The notes below the pieces were generated by a model, which saw only the letters and a list, made by a program, of their open reading frames with translations, ran no database searches and was not told the DNA's origin. Below are positions 1-13,966 of a DNA stretch of 64,000 bases, piece after piece; within the stretch, counting starts at the first letter, position 1; the number at the start of each line of letters is the position of its first letter. This DNA is from Nitrospirales bacterium. GTDB lineage: Bacteria; Nitrospirota; Nitrospiria; Nitrospirales; UBA8639. The DNA lies in NCBI GenBank assembly GCA_965203295.1, contig CBDBCZ010000016.1:512001-576000 (forward strand). The letters run 5' to 3'. The position numbers and the translations under genes were made by a program.

Positions 1-328
1 GAACGAAAGTTTAGTTTTGGTTTTAGTTAGTTAACTAAAAAAAAAAGTTAGTTAGTTTAGTTATTTACACAGGCCAGTGCCCTTAATAAGGTGTACTTTT
101 AGTTAGTTAACTAACTTTATTTTTGGTCCTACTAAAGCACTTTGTGTTCAGTTTCAGTTAACTAAAACAACACTAATTAACACAGGCACACAAACACTGG
201 TTCAGATTCTGCTTACACAGGTGCACATCATGGTTGGTTGGGTCATAATCTTCTGTTTGCCCAATTGGCCTGATTTGTGTTGTTTTGCCATCTGCTTCTG
301 AACCACACACTCAGGTTATGGGTTCAAT

Positions 329-1040
329 CAGAGGAGGTTGGACAAGCACTACGTGCGCATCAAAAATACCATGTGACCGATGACGTGACGTCACTTAAGT
401 ACAGCAATGGCCATAGAGATTTTGAGTCTCTCTGCTGCCTAAGAACAAATATGCCAGAGATGGTTTATGTACTGAAGTGTTAGTACCGGTGGAGTAGTTC
501 AAGAAAACCGACTGCGCCCCGCTGCGCCCCAGCGTTTTTGAGAAGAAATCTGGGAAAGAATACGGTAGCGGGTAAGACCACTATTGTTAGCCACTTTTCA
601 CGAATATGAAAGGCGTAGATCGTAGCTATACACTTGTAGGCATCACTTACATCAACCGTATAAGTCTTCCAGACAGGAATCTCCACAGAACAACAGTACT
701 CAAGGCTGGAATTGACCTTTAAGTACCCGCTTACCGATATCGCATGGACTTCTACATGGCCTATGTCACACTATAAGCCCTCCAGAAGGTCAGTAAATCG
801 GGAAACACTGAAAAACAAACTCTGACTAATTTTCCAAGTCGCAGAAACTCTTGGAGAGTGCTGCAGGAGCTCCTAGATCGAGAAACTGAGTTAACCATAC
901 TGGTTGAATTTTAGGTATACGTACTAGTATATCGAAGGTATACGGGTTTTTATCACGCGCGAAATGTAAAGAATGCAATTATGGGGCTGTAAATGTCATG
1001 TGACATTTGTGTGTCGTCATAGCTCGTCCAACCTCCTCTG
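329..1040. mobile_element. Non-autonomous DNA transposon (MITE) with CAGAGGAGGTTGGAC TIRs and perfect 9-bp TSD
   Basis: cagaggaggttggac at 329 and its reverse complement gtccaacctcctctg ending at 1040; gggttcaat flanks both sides (320-328 and 1041-1049). A 9-bp TSD is typical of MULE or AcademH superfamilies. Confidence 0.85.
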
Positions 1041-4000
1041 GGGTTCAATAAGGTCAAGGAAGGTGGGGAGTATAGAGTAGGAGGCGACTGTGCCTTGGGC
1101 CTAGGGTGGTGCTAAAAGCCCCCACACTTCGCTTCCCAAAGGTGGACCATGGGGAGGCCTCAAAAAATTCTTAAAGGGGAAGCCCTCCCTCTGGCTATCC
1201 AAAGAAAATAGGGTTAGGTTAGGGGTGTGCAAGGTTGGCCAACCCAACATCCTACCTGAAAATGCCACTTGGGGAATGCTAAATTGGAATTCCTTCCTGA
1301 CTGAGGACATGTTAACCTTTTACTAGTTATGAGATTTCACTGTAAATCTCAGGCACTATTAATTGTGTACAGTCTTTAGTGTAGTTGATTAAGAAATAGC
1401 GAACTGTTGTTCTTCTTGGAATATTAAAGCATCACGCACGTCAACCCCGCCTATTTATGCACACATCCCTCACAGCACAAGGCAGGTATTAAAATAAATG
1501 GAGTGACATTCAGCCCATGCACATCACAAGTGCCATCCGCCCCACACAAGAAGATCAGATATACGTACCCTTTCTCCCCCCTTCCCCCAACAAACACTCA
1601 AAACAAGTTTCAGAAAAAAGCAGTTTTAAAAAACTGCTAATACCCTATCATGTAGAGATCGATTTCAACAAAAAACCACAAAAATCACGACGTAATACTT
1701 TTACAGAGTACTAAAAATCACAGCGGAATGCATTTACGGAGACCATATCCCTACATCCTTCCAACCAAGGATGGTCCCCGTAAATGCACTGCACTGTGAT
1801 TGTAGCTACTCGCATTGCATTGCATTTTGTAGCTTGTTTGGATTGTTTATTAATTATAATGACAGTGCTTACCTGCAAGCTTCATGCAGTGGTGTCTGTC
1901 CCCACTTATCAGCACAGTCTGGATTGGCCTTGTACTCACACAGTATCTTCATCGAATCAAGATGACCCTCCCTACATGAGAGAAGAAGTGCTAACATTAG
2001 ACCTACACAGTGCAGTTCAGCACTGGAGCACTAATACCACCAGTTAAAACAACCAACCCAGCTAATTACAATAACAAGCACAGCTGAATATATCACTTAA
2101 TTTATTGTCTATACTCAATGCTTGTATATACTTTCAGACCATGTACATAGCCTCGTTCCCAGGCTCCACCCCCATTTCTTTATTGCGTGGGAACGAGGTT
2201 ACATGTTACAGTACATGTGAGAGGATTACTCAAGTACCATACTCTCAGGACTATAGTGGTCCATCAATCACAATAATTATATTTACCTATTGTGATTAGG
2301 ACTGGAGCACTAACACCACTAGCTAAAACAGTCTCTGTAAGTAATTACACTAACAAGAGTGTGTAATTTACTGACTCCTCAACGCTTGTCCGTAACTTTC
2401 AAACTAGCCTCGTACCCAGGCGCATTAAAATCAGTGTGCCTGGTATTCACTGTTCACGCATGCGCATAATTAGTGCACTAAGTCTACTAATTACACTAGC
2501 AAAAAAATACTGAATGTGTAATTTACAGACTACTCAAAGCTTGACCGTAACTTTCAAACTCGTATATGTCAGACCATGTATGTGAGTGGATAACTCAAGT
2601 ACATAGTAAATTATAGCCTCGCACTCAGGCCACGTGATTGCTAAGTAAATTAACGGTGGCAAAATGTAAACAACCTAACTTCCAATAGTAGCGTGAGATA
2701 CCAGCAAAAGAGGGGGGGAGGGGGGTAGCGATTACACTCTCTTGCCTTTCCCTAAATGAAACTATGCAATTGATGGACGACATTACAATTTCTATAAACT
2801 GTAGTACAACAGCTACACTCTGTAAACGTGTATAGACGCCGACAGTTTAGCCGGCAGTTTAATTTGGTGGTTTTGCAAACCATTAAAAATGCCAAATTAA
2901 ATTCTCGCTCGTGATGTAATCCGTAACACCCACACACTCCTATACTTTCTGTGATAATGTTGCACCTAACACTCACACACTAACTGAAAGCAACTACGTA
3001 CATGTACTTAGCCAAAATTGATACAGCACAACAACTCTGATCCTCCCCTGAAGATCAGTTCTTTCCCTCAGTGAGGGAATATGACTGATGCTGATGGAAA
3101 CATGGCATGTTAATGATCTTAGCCCGGTTTGCAATACTTCCCACCCCAGCGTTTATCCTACAGTCGTGGAGAAAGTGAGGAGGAAGGCCTGGTACCAATT
3201 ACCATGTGCCATGACATATGTGCATATAAGGTAGACTTACATGCCCACGCAACATGGCTTGTACATGTATGCTCACACACTAACTGAATGCAACTACGTA
3301 CATGTACTTAGCCAAAATTGATACAGCTACCTATTTTGGTTTACAGTTTCATGGAAGGCAAGGATGAAATTCACTGCAAGACTGTAAGCTTGTACTGTCC
3401 GCAGCTGAAAGGACCGTTCTAGAATGCCTGATGGTGGGTGAGAGGCCATGACGGTACGAAATGGTCCTCTGTCATTAGCTGCCATAAGCGTGGTCTGTCA
3501 GGGCTTCTCGCTGCCGAAGGACCGACAACCTCAATCAACTTGCAGCCCTCGAGTGCAACATTTCATTCCTTCTATGCTTAACAGAAGCCACTTTTCATTT
3601 AGCGTGTGGGAGTATAAGTCTATCCTCCACATAATGAAATGTCACAGCAAGTGATACTGCCATGGTACCAGGCCTTCCCCCTCGCTTTTCCCCCACAGCT
3701 ATGAGATGAAAGCTGAGGTGTGAAGGACTGGGAAGACTAATAGTGGTTACATTCGGCCACAGGTGGGGAAACCCCCATTACAAATAAAACATGCAGAATA
3801 ATTGTGTACACATTCCAGATTGTACAGAATGTCAACACTGTTATGCACCTATAATCCAGGAACTATGGCAGAGGCATATACTTAATGTAAAGAAGTATAC
3901 AATTTCTAATTACATGTTTGATTATCACAGAAAGTATAGGAATATTTGGCAAGGAATTTAATTTGGTGGTTTTGCAAACCATTAAAAATGCCAAATTAAA

Positions 4001-4296
4001 TTCTCGCTCGTGATGTAATCCGTAACACCCACGCACGCACTGCAGCTAGCTACATTGTATTTAGCTACACGCACACGTGTGGAAGGAACTTGATCATATC
4101 GATGCAAAACTATTTTAAGAAAGAAGCTGTTCTTCCCACTCCTGTGCTAGAGTATTGGGCAAGCACAGCTATAACGAAGAGCCTTGTTACACAAGGCCAC
4201 GGGTGTTTGTAGCTAACAATGTGATCCAATCCTGAGTGTAGCTAGCTATTCATCCATGAACAGTAATATGTAGTGGACATTTTCCAGTAAACCTAC

Positions 4297-4395
4297 CTGC
4301 GAGCTATGTGTAGTGGAGTCTCCCCATCCTCAGTAGCACAGTTGACATTGGCGCGCACTTGACACAGGTGTTTCACGATGTCAGTGTGCCCATTC
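4297..4395 (-). CDS. Isolated 99-nt ankyrin-repeat exon (gene fragment or pseudogene)
   Basis: AG/GT-bounded (ctcatcag|...cgcag|gtaggt), phase 2-2, encoding NGHTDIVKHLCQVRANVNCATEDGETPLHIAR, one canonical 33-aa ankyrin repeat. No other intact exon of this gene was found. Confidence 0.7.
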
Positions 4396-6460
4396 CTGAT
4401 GAGAGAGAAGGAGCAGGAAACAATGTTATATGAACACGTACAGTGTAGTGCAAGCACTGGAGCACTGACCAACACTGTTAGAGGGTGTGTACTACCGCAT
4501 GATTAACCCACACTACACAATGGGGGAATTATGAAATTATATTCAGTAGCACACACATAAGGCTTCAGTGCTCAGTCAATGGCAGACACAGGCCCTGAAT
4601 TGCCCCTTCATTGCCAGAGTAAGAATTCAGCACAAACTGCACAGCAGTGAGTATATTAAACATTTCCATGGAATAATGAGACAAAAACGATGTAATAGAG
4701 GGATCAACGACTTAGAATCTGAGACGTAATCAATTAATATAGATGAACACATAAATATGTACACTTGCCACAAGGTTTGGTATAGGATTAGAGAGGTTGG
4801 AGTCTGGTATATTGGGACTGCAACACACAATGGCTATCGCCCACCTCTTCATGTAACGAGCTACACACAGAATTGCAGTGAACTACTATACCTGCAAAAA
4901 TGGGTGGGACTCCTCCTCTCATGCCCATCTACGTACGGCAACACACACTGCAGTGGTACATATACTTGCAGCTACATACGTATTTAGTTATTATGAGAGT
5001 GGTTTAAAATCAGTATTCACATATAAAAGCATCTGTTGTACAAACACACTCAGTACACAGCTGCACTCACACTAACATATTACGGAATAACTAGGCTGAG
5101 CAATCCATAACATACTAGGCCTATGGCTGCTAATGATTGAGCCAATTACACAGTTACTACTAGGAATACGCAAGCGAAATATGCCTTGCGTAGCTTTATT
5201 TGCATATGGTGGCAGTTATTTATGCAGGTAGGGTAGTGGTGAATTGTGGTGCATGGTACATGTAGTCTAGGTGCATGGAGGTGGCTTGAGGTATATTTGT
5301 GCGTAGAGTGGAGTATGCATTCATGCACGCTGGGATGAAATTGATGTCTAGGGCAGTGGGGTCATGGTTGAGTGCTCACATGTGAGGTTGGGGTCAAGGT
5401 TGACTGCGGACGTGTGGATCTATGTAGCTAGCTGTTTATCTATCTGCTATACATATTATATCTACCGTGATACCATGATGTGCAACTGTATGTACAGATC
5501 TATATCAAAAGTTGATGCACGCATCCGAGGGGCTGGCTCGCGAGACTATATCTCAGCTTAATGGTTAATGTATGCTGGCTTGAAATACCGTTGGCATCTT
5601 GCCATCATGTCGTCAGCCTCCAGCGCTCATATCTCAGCTTACATAAAGCTACTCAAACTCTACAAACCTGGGAGCTGTAGGAAGTCTCCCTTAATAAAAC
5701 TTCATGACAAATTTTATCCAGACCTCTGACTTTGTGCCCGCCACGACTTCGAAGACGGCACCCAAAACACTGCCAGAGACGCCATTTTGAACATGTGCCT
5801 TGGGGAGGTGTGAGCAAACTTTATAGAAATATGGATATATAGATAGATATATAGATATAAACGCTAGCTGAGATTGTTGAGCCCATAGCACGCGATTATT
5901 GGCCTCGCTGCGCTCGGCAATAAGGTTTGGATGGAGAGAGGTGGGATGTAATGACAATTGCTTCCTGTCTATACACTCTCACTGTCCTCCACCCCACCTG
6001 GGGTGCATGTGCAGAAGGAAGGAAGCAAGGGGGGCAAATTCTTGTCCACCTAGGCCCACCGAAACAGGAAATTAAAGAATGGAGCAAACTGTACCCAGCT
6101 CACTATACTGCTGTGGGCACCTGCCAAACCAGAGGGGGGAGGCATGGCGGAGACAACCACAACACTGCACAGGGAAAGGGAGGGAGGGTGGGTGAAGCAC
6201 CAAGGTGGCTCAGTGATGCAGCCGTCACACAGCCCTTGTGGTCTGAGTAGTTAAAGGCCCATGCTCTGATCCCACCCACCAGACTGCCCCCATACCAGAA
6301 GAGAAGAGTCACCCTCGGCTGTTAACTCCACACAACTAACAGTGTAATCTCCATTTCATTTGTCCATTGTGAAACTAAAGTTATGTAAACTGAATTAAAC
6401 CTACATGAGAGGAATCCCCCACATACTACACCACAGGTGCACATACCTACATGTTATATT

Positions 6461-6593
6461 TGTACCATGGGTTTCAAGGTGTATGGGATTTGTACCCGAG
6501 GGCAGTTGTATGTCTTCCCGAGGGCGAAGCCAGAGGGAAGACATACAACTGCACGAGGGTACAAATCCCATACACCTTAGAAACCCATGGTAC
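6461..6593. repeat. Long near-perfect hairpin/palindrome, probably the core of a non-autonomous DNA element
   Basis: About 59-bp arms (tgtaccatgggtttcaaggtgtatgggatttgtacccg... and ...gggtacaaatcccatacaccttagaaacccatggtaca) around a gagggcgaagccaga loop. Confidence 0.8.
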
Positions 6594-6980
6594 AGATGAC
6601 TTGTGCCATAGTAGCTTTTATAGTGCCCGCTAATTGTTTCACAGTTTTGAGAAGAAGCCACAGTTGCCCAGCAACCCTCATGTACCCTAGGGTACATAGA
6701 TGTACCCTGGCTTGAAAGGCACCGCCTAAGTACATGGGGTTTGTACACTATGGCGGTGCCTTTCAAGTGACTTACAACTATGGTACAAGTATAGATAGAG
6801 ACTTTGTGAGCAAGTTGTATGTTCCAGACCTATGGCAGAGGCATGAGGGTCTCTGACCAGTAGCGTATACACACCACTACCTATACTGTGTTGTGAGATT
6901 ACACTCTGGGGTTCTCTGGTGTGACCTTACACTCTCATATCTGGGGTGATGTAGCCAGCCTATCTGACAATCAAACACCC

Positions 6981-7418
6981 CAGAGGAGGTACGTCAAGGT
7001 TTGAATTACTCATTACGTCATGCACTGGCGTGCACGATTAATTGCGTTCTTTTAGCTAACGCATGCGTACAAGTGCAGTTGTCAGCTAAAACCTCAATTT
7101 TCTCGCTATTTCGCCGGGGGCTCAGAGGGGCTCAGCCGCTCAAAAGGCTTACTTTTTGAAGGCAAAAATCATGGACCTAACGATCGGGCTGAACTGCAAG
7201 ATTATATCGGTAAGCCACTCGCTAGAAGTACGGTAGATGCCTACAATGATGGTAGAAAGTATTGACTGCTGATTTATAGCAGTCATTAGCTGGAATACCT
7301 CTCGAAAAAGTAACGCACAAATGCACAGATCCTCTCTTCCAAGTAAATTAGCTCGATATACTTACCGGTCATGTGACTAGTTTGCCTTTTAGCACGTGAT
7401 GCTGACGTACCTCCTCTG
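6981..7418. mobile_element. MITE of the CAGAGGAGGT family with 9-bp TSD
   Basis: TIRs cagaggaggtacgtca / tgacgtacctcctctg; flanks caaacaccc and caaataccc (8/9 identical). Confidence 0.8.
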
Positions 7419-8614
7419 CAAATACCCAGACTAGGCATGTATCTGTGACTTCTAATGATGGAACAACATATCCTCATCATCAGTACTAATTGTACTTTCT
7501 TAACCAAACACCACCACCTCTGACATGCCTGTAAGAGACACAAGACAACCAGAAAACTGCAGCTATGGGTAGGGCCAACTTCAAAGATGGTAATAACATG
7601 AACGATGAGATTTCTAACTATAAAACTTTGCCCCGATGACTGGAAAACCTGGCTGGAACATTGAAAATATCCTTGAAACCTTCGTTACAATAGACTGCTC
7701 GATAATTTATATTCTCTTTTGATTACATTTACATGTGTGCAGCCATTGAAGTTGCCAATGAGCGAGTACCCACATTACATGGATCATTCATTGGCTCTTT
7801 CGAAAGACAAAGTGGTGTTGTTTCACTTCGGCTAATTTTCCTCTCTAAGTGTATTGTGAGCACTGCTGAAGTATGTACATGTACATATCACACAGTCCTC
7901 GTGAACAGCATGGCGGAGAGCAAACAACTTACAAGCAAGCCCAGTGCAGTGGTGTCCACCCGTCCACATCAGGACTCTCTGGATCGACGCTGTGTTTGAG
8001 AAGTGTCTTTGTAACATCAAGGTGACCCCGCCTGCATGAGAGAAGCCACTTTAGGAGTACTTTTTGCATGCATGTACACCAGCAGCCACACAATTAATTC
8101 ACACTGGGTTTTACATACACCAAATATAGCAGCTGCCTTCTACTGATACCAATGCTGCAAACAGACCACAGCAAGGCCTCAAACTAGTGCTGAACTATAG
8201 TGAACTCAGGTGATTTATCCTGTAGCACATCATCATCTCTCATACAAGGCAGTACATGGACTATAGTAGGGAAGAGAAGCTGACAGCAATAATGGTCTAA
8301 CTGGTAAGAACAGTGCTTCCTTCATGAGGCACAGTTTATATATATCACATCTCTTGCCCTCTCCCGCTTTACAGTAAATGTCACCTCCGGAAAATAGCTA
8401 CAAATTGTTCTTATATACATTACACAACCTTTTTCCAGCCAAGCTTTTTTCCCCAATACAGTTTTATGTAACAATTAAACCCCAGTTTGCAGTGATTACG
8501 GGATTCAATTAGTGCGTGAGGACAATAAAGTAACGGTTGAGAGTGATAATGCACGAGCCAAAGGTGTTAATATAAAATCAGACAAAGTAGCTACCAGCTT
8601 TTTTCAATTCTATA

Positions 8615-9194
8615 CTGTAAAATCTGATAAATAACTGCCCCCTTAAAGGTAACCGCCCCTCTAGTATAACCGATCAATTTACTGCAACAACAGTTTACTC
8701 GTGTGTAAAACCTTCTATGTAAACATAACCGCCCATAATTTACACGTGCAGCCCAGGCAGGAAATTGTATCTGCAAAATTAATAGCGTTTGCACGCGTGA
8801 ATGTCTAGCAAGCAGAGCATGCAGCAAATGCGTAGAACATGACCGTACAGAAAACCGGCGAGAATCAGACTGTGAAAATCAAGAAGTCGGCGTTAGTCGC
8901 AGATTTACAGAAACATCCTCTACGTTGAGATCAGCCCGGCAGATGTAGGTAGGAAGCCTTCAGGCAGGCAAGCTGAACGAGCTCCATAGCGGTTACCTTA
9001 GCTACCGTAGCTTAGTCTCGTTCCATGCAGAACCCTCCACTAACCGTAGCTAGGGTTTTCTCGCTACCACGCTATTAACGGTTGTTTGCAAAAATAACCG
9101 ATCTGTGATTATACCCGCCCATGTAAAAGTAACCGGCCATTGAGGCTGCTAATTCCAATTATAACCGCCCCCGGTTATTTTTCAGAGTTTACGG
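8615..9194. mobile_element. Tc1/mariner (pogo-like) MITE, TA-flanked
   Basis: Imperfect TIRs ctgtaaaatctgataaataac... / ...gttatttttcagagtttacgg with TA on both sides. Confidence 0.65.
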
Positions 9195-9613
9195 TATGGT
9201 ATATAAATGTTCCTTGGCTAGCAAAGAGATAAAAAAGTAATGTAATACATGTATAGGTAGCAATTTTTACAGGTTAAAGCTTCTAACTGGAAGTGCACTG
9301 CAAAATTGCTGAATCAACACTTTTACAGCACCGATGAGGTAACCTTGGATGGTTTGAGTATTGCTTTGGGTCTTGTTGGTTTCCTCAGTAGAGCAGTGGT
9401 TCATACGGGTTTGGCAGGGCTTACTAACCTGAATTCAAAATAAACTCTATCCTATAGGCACGGTACTGGAGTAGTCACCATCAGCTACAGTAATCCGGCT
9501 TCAATCAAAGTGTAGTTACAGCTACCCGGGCCTACATGTAAACAGGATGCCATTTTTTGTGTGGTCGGTCTAGCAAATGTATCTGCATATTGTGGCAGAT
9601 TCCTCACTTGGTA

Positions 9614-10632
9614 CCATAGACTCGGGTTATCAGGCGCACTTCATTATGTAGCGCACATATGCTATCAGGTGCATGCTCGCTTCTTGGCCCAAAGACGCAA
9701 AAACCTTGTTAAGAGGCGCACGTTCCAATTAAAAGTAATATGGGGTGGAACAACTGCACACAAAATCGAATGGAGACTGCTAGCAGCTAGACAGAGGAGG
9801 TTGGACACGGTCATGTGACATACGAGCGTACACGATTCTCTATAGAGATTTCTGTATAAAAAGCACTAAAAAGTGTTCTCATTAGTCTTTAAGCGTATCC
9901 CCAAGGAATAGACATCTTTTGAAAGCTCTCCCAAAGTAGATTCAGAATATCTCGCCAACCCCGTTCAACCCCTGGGTCATTGCAGAGCTACGGTCGTTTA
10001 AATATCTAGCTATCGGCAAGGCGAACGAGACTACATACTGGATTCTATCTAGTAACGGAAAGATGCTGCCCGTATAGGTCTGTTCCAGCCATCTTACAGC
10101 AATCTACAGGCTATTGCAGCTTTATAACGAGCTATGCTTACCTTCTCAGTGAGCTAATTGCATGCTGGAATGCAACGTGGAATGTAATAAAGTGCAGCTA
10201 AAGGCATGTGACTGTGCACGTTAATGAATGCGTGTCCAACCTCCTCTGGTAGCTAGCTAAGTGAGAGGGATTACTTTGCAACTGCCCAGTCATCAAGTTG
10301 CTAGCTAGATAAGTCAAAGGCCTATAGAGGGAGCAAGCATGCACCAATCCTCATTCGAGCACGCTCTCATCTCAGACTGCTCTCTGCTGATTTTCATCTC
10401 AAACTGCTCTCTGCCGAGTTACATCGCCGACCGCTTTGATAAACTGCGATCCCATATTGGTAGTTTGTAATCTGCTACCGGTAACAGCAACGTGCCGCGA
10501 TGATGTCATGAAAACCTAGGCGTGGTCAACCTTTAACCCCCGTTAATTATGTAGCACACTTTGTTATATGTAGCGCATATATTTTTGCTATTGTCCCAAC
10601 TAGCGCATGCACTTGATAACCCGAGTCTACGG
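9614..10632. mobile_element. pogo-like MITE containing a nested CAGAGGAGG-family element (9792-10248)
   Basis: Outer TIRs ccatagactcgggttatca / tgataacccgagtctacgg with TA flanks. Inner TIRs cagaggaggttggacacg / cgtgtccaacctcctctg with a decayed 9-bp TSD (gcagctaga / gtagctagc). Confidence 0.75.
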
Positions 10633-12315
10633 TAGTCTATTTTATATTTGATTTTGTGATTTTTAGGAGTCAAACGTAAGTTTAGTCAATTAGGACTGAT
10701 TTGGCTTTCAAGGGAGTTAGCAAGCAAATTGGCTGGTTCGATGAGTCTGACTAGTCACTGGCTGACTCAGTTAATTAACAGATGTTCACAGGAAACTAAC
10801 AGTCACTAGTAGGTACTATTTCTTGTAGCTACAATGTAAAGGTATATATGTACATACAAATATGTAGCTGTAGACTCAGCCACAGGGTTTGGCACGGGAT
10901 TAGACATCAGAGAGGTTGGGGTTTGGTACACCAGGAAATGCCACACACAATGGCTATCCAGGACACCTCTACACATAACGAGCTACACACTTAATATCTG
11001 CAATTGAAATGGGTGGGACTCCTCCTCTCCAGCCTACCTATGTACAGCAGGATACACTGCAGTTTTACATTACATACGTATCTAGTAATTATGGGAGCTT
11101 TTTTTTAATCAGTAGTCACATGAGAAAGCATCTGTTTTTGAATATCCAGTACACAGCTACACTCACATTAATTTGTCCTTTGTGAAGCGTAAACAGAGCA
11201 TAACCTACACGAGGGGAATTCCCCACATGTAAACACTACAAACATGTGTACGTGCATTCTGCACTGTACAGGGTGATAGAGGATTTGTGAGCACAGCCAA
11301 GCTGTATGTTCCAGGGACTATGGCAGGGTCTCTGACCAGTAGTGTATACACACCACTACCTATACTGTGATGAGAGCTTATACTCTGCGATTCTCTGGTG
11401 CGATCTTACACTCTTACGTAGTTTCAGACTAGCTAGAATATGCACATTTGCATAAAAAGTGTTTGCTCAAAACATCTGGTATGGTACTAATCACATGTAG
11501 CTGCCTGCTATAGTATGGTGTAAGCACTCAGCCCCTTGTGAAAACAGAGGGTCTGGTACAGACTCTATAGCTATATTGGACGTTATGGTATGATGAAAGC
11601 ACTCAGACAGTGAGCTTTCAATCTGATTGGTCAAAGCATACCATCATCAAGGCTATACATAATTATTCTACGAATTTTGAATCTGATCGGATCGCAGTGT
11701 ACACTATGAGACAGACAATCCAATGCGGTGTCTGTACCAGACCCTCTGTATTACGTGAGGTGCAGGTATGTCAGACTAGGAGATTGCCTACATCCCCACA
11801 GTTAAGTCTCAGCATACTGCATCTATATAGAGTGACAGAGGCTTGCACGCTCATGAGTTCCTGATGAGGTTTGACCATTAAAATGATCAGAGCACTCAAC
11901 AATAAACAGACAATAGTGTTGTACTGTGTATAGGACATTTCTGTCACTGCATTTTACTAAAATGTTAGGTTGGTAAGTCAATTCAAGGAAATTTGTTGCC
12001 ACAAAATGGTTGATGTTGCGAGTGATGTACACAATTACTTTAGCACCACTGCATCCAGGGTCTTGCTAGCCAAACTGAACAAGTTTTATGCACAAAGTAC
12101 TTCTCTGTACATATTAAATCACTTTATGTACATGTACATCATTCATTATGAACAAACAAAAGGAATGGTTCACCCACAATAGATATAACCCTACATTAGG
12201 AATTTATTCCACACAACGGGCTGCCTCCTGCATCCCATATACACGACATTGCAGATGGAGAAGTTCAAAAGTAGAAATTGTCTAGAATACTGGAGACTGC
12301 AAATAGTGGCCTGAC

Positions 12316-12365
12316 TAGTCTCGTAGTCAGAGCTCAGGAGGACTCTCACTCTGGGTACGAGACTA
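12316..12365. mobile_element. 50-bp TAGTCTCG...CGAGACTA mini-element with 9-bp TSD
   Basis: tggcctgac is duplicated at 12307-12315 and 12366-12374. Confidence 0.8.
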
Positions 12366-13370
12366 TGGCCTGACTGCTGTGAACACAAACTAGGGGTGGG
12401 GTCAGGGCGACAAATAATACCACTTACTGGCAAGCATAATGCAGTGGAGTGCGATCTAACCAATCCCGGCAGTTGATGTCGCAGGAGCCACTCTGTACGA
12501 TTCTCTTCACTACGGTGACGTCTCCGCGTTCAGCAGCTCGGAGCAATTCCGCCTCCATGTTAATTACATCCAGGGCACATGATCCCGCCCACACAGACTG
12601 AATTTCAGCCCCGCCCCGCTACCAAATTAAACAGTAGCCATGTACTTGCTCCCCTCCAACACACACACACACACAAAACTTTAATTTTGCTGAACTTTCT
12701 CAACCTGCTGCAGACACTTAATCGATCTAGACCTATAACTTCATATACAGCTCTACTCTCATCAGCCTGGCTCACGTACAGCTCCATTTCATACAGGAGA
12801 TTACACAACACACTGTTTCAGAAATACTTTATCCGCTACACCACAGTTATATACATACAGCAAATTAAAGGAGCACACTCAACATTACATCATAACGAGA
12901 CAACAGTTATTCATGCGCCTGAAAAACTTTAGAAACAGAAATAATGCTCGAAATCTGTCACTAAATAGCCCCGCACCACACTTTCATGCTTGGTAGACGG
13001 GGGGAGGGAACTCTCTGATGGGTTTGGCCAGCACCTTGCTACTGGATAAGTGCTTGTTGAGGATGCCGAAGATCTGGTTGTTCAGTTTCTTGTAGACTCG
13101 GATGCGCTCCACCATCTTACGCAGGGACTGCAGGAGGGGGCAGAAGAGAGGGCGATTTAAGGGCTTCTCTCTCACAAGCAAGGACGATTACAAAGACACA
13201 GCTAACCAGAGAGCTCACTGTACACAACTACAGCTATAATTATATTGCTGCTATAAAAGTTCACATCATTGTTCTAATCCAGATAACCTCTCAACACTTC
13301 AGCAACGACTTGTACTAGTGAAGACAGCCAGCTAGATAAATACTTTGTTCTCTGTCAAAGTTGCATACTA

Positions 13371-13966
13371 CCTTATAGCCGGAAAATTTGGCGAGAACTT
13401 TAATTTGGTGGTTTGGCAAATCGTAAAGAATTGCCAAATTAAATTCTCGCCAAATTAAATTCTCACGCATTATGTAGTACGTAACACCCACGCGTGCATT
13501 CAGCTACAAAAAAGAAGTTGTTGTTCCCACTCCACGTACGTGTTTCCTCTCAAACAAAGCTGTAAAGCGCTTTCTATCTGGAGACTTGAAGCCTGTCACA
13601 CGGTCACCTCAAGGCAAGTATAACACTTACATGCAAGAAAGGACACAAATTGGAAAAGTCTGCCGCTGACAACGGAGCGACAAAAGCCGCTACACACTTC
13701 TCGAAGCTTCTGGATAGTAAAATAGGCGAATCCAACGTCTCCATTGTCGAGCTCAGTGACAAATAACTTAAAATGTTCAGCAGCATTGCACGTTGTGCGC
13801 CTAGGATTACGTAATACGCCAATATAAATGCCCAAAATGAATTGAAGATTACGTCATAGCCTATGCTGTATACAATCACCAAAATTAAATTTCGGCAATA
13901 TTTAATTTTATCCGTTTTTGGCTATTTCGCCAAATTTAATTCTCACCAAATTTTCCGGCTATACGG
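13371..13966. mobile_element. pogo/Tigger-like MITE, TA-flanked
   Basis: TIRs ccttatagccggaaaatttgg / ccaaattttccggctatacgg. Related partial copies at ~2845-2935 and ~3935-4035. Confidence 0.8.
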
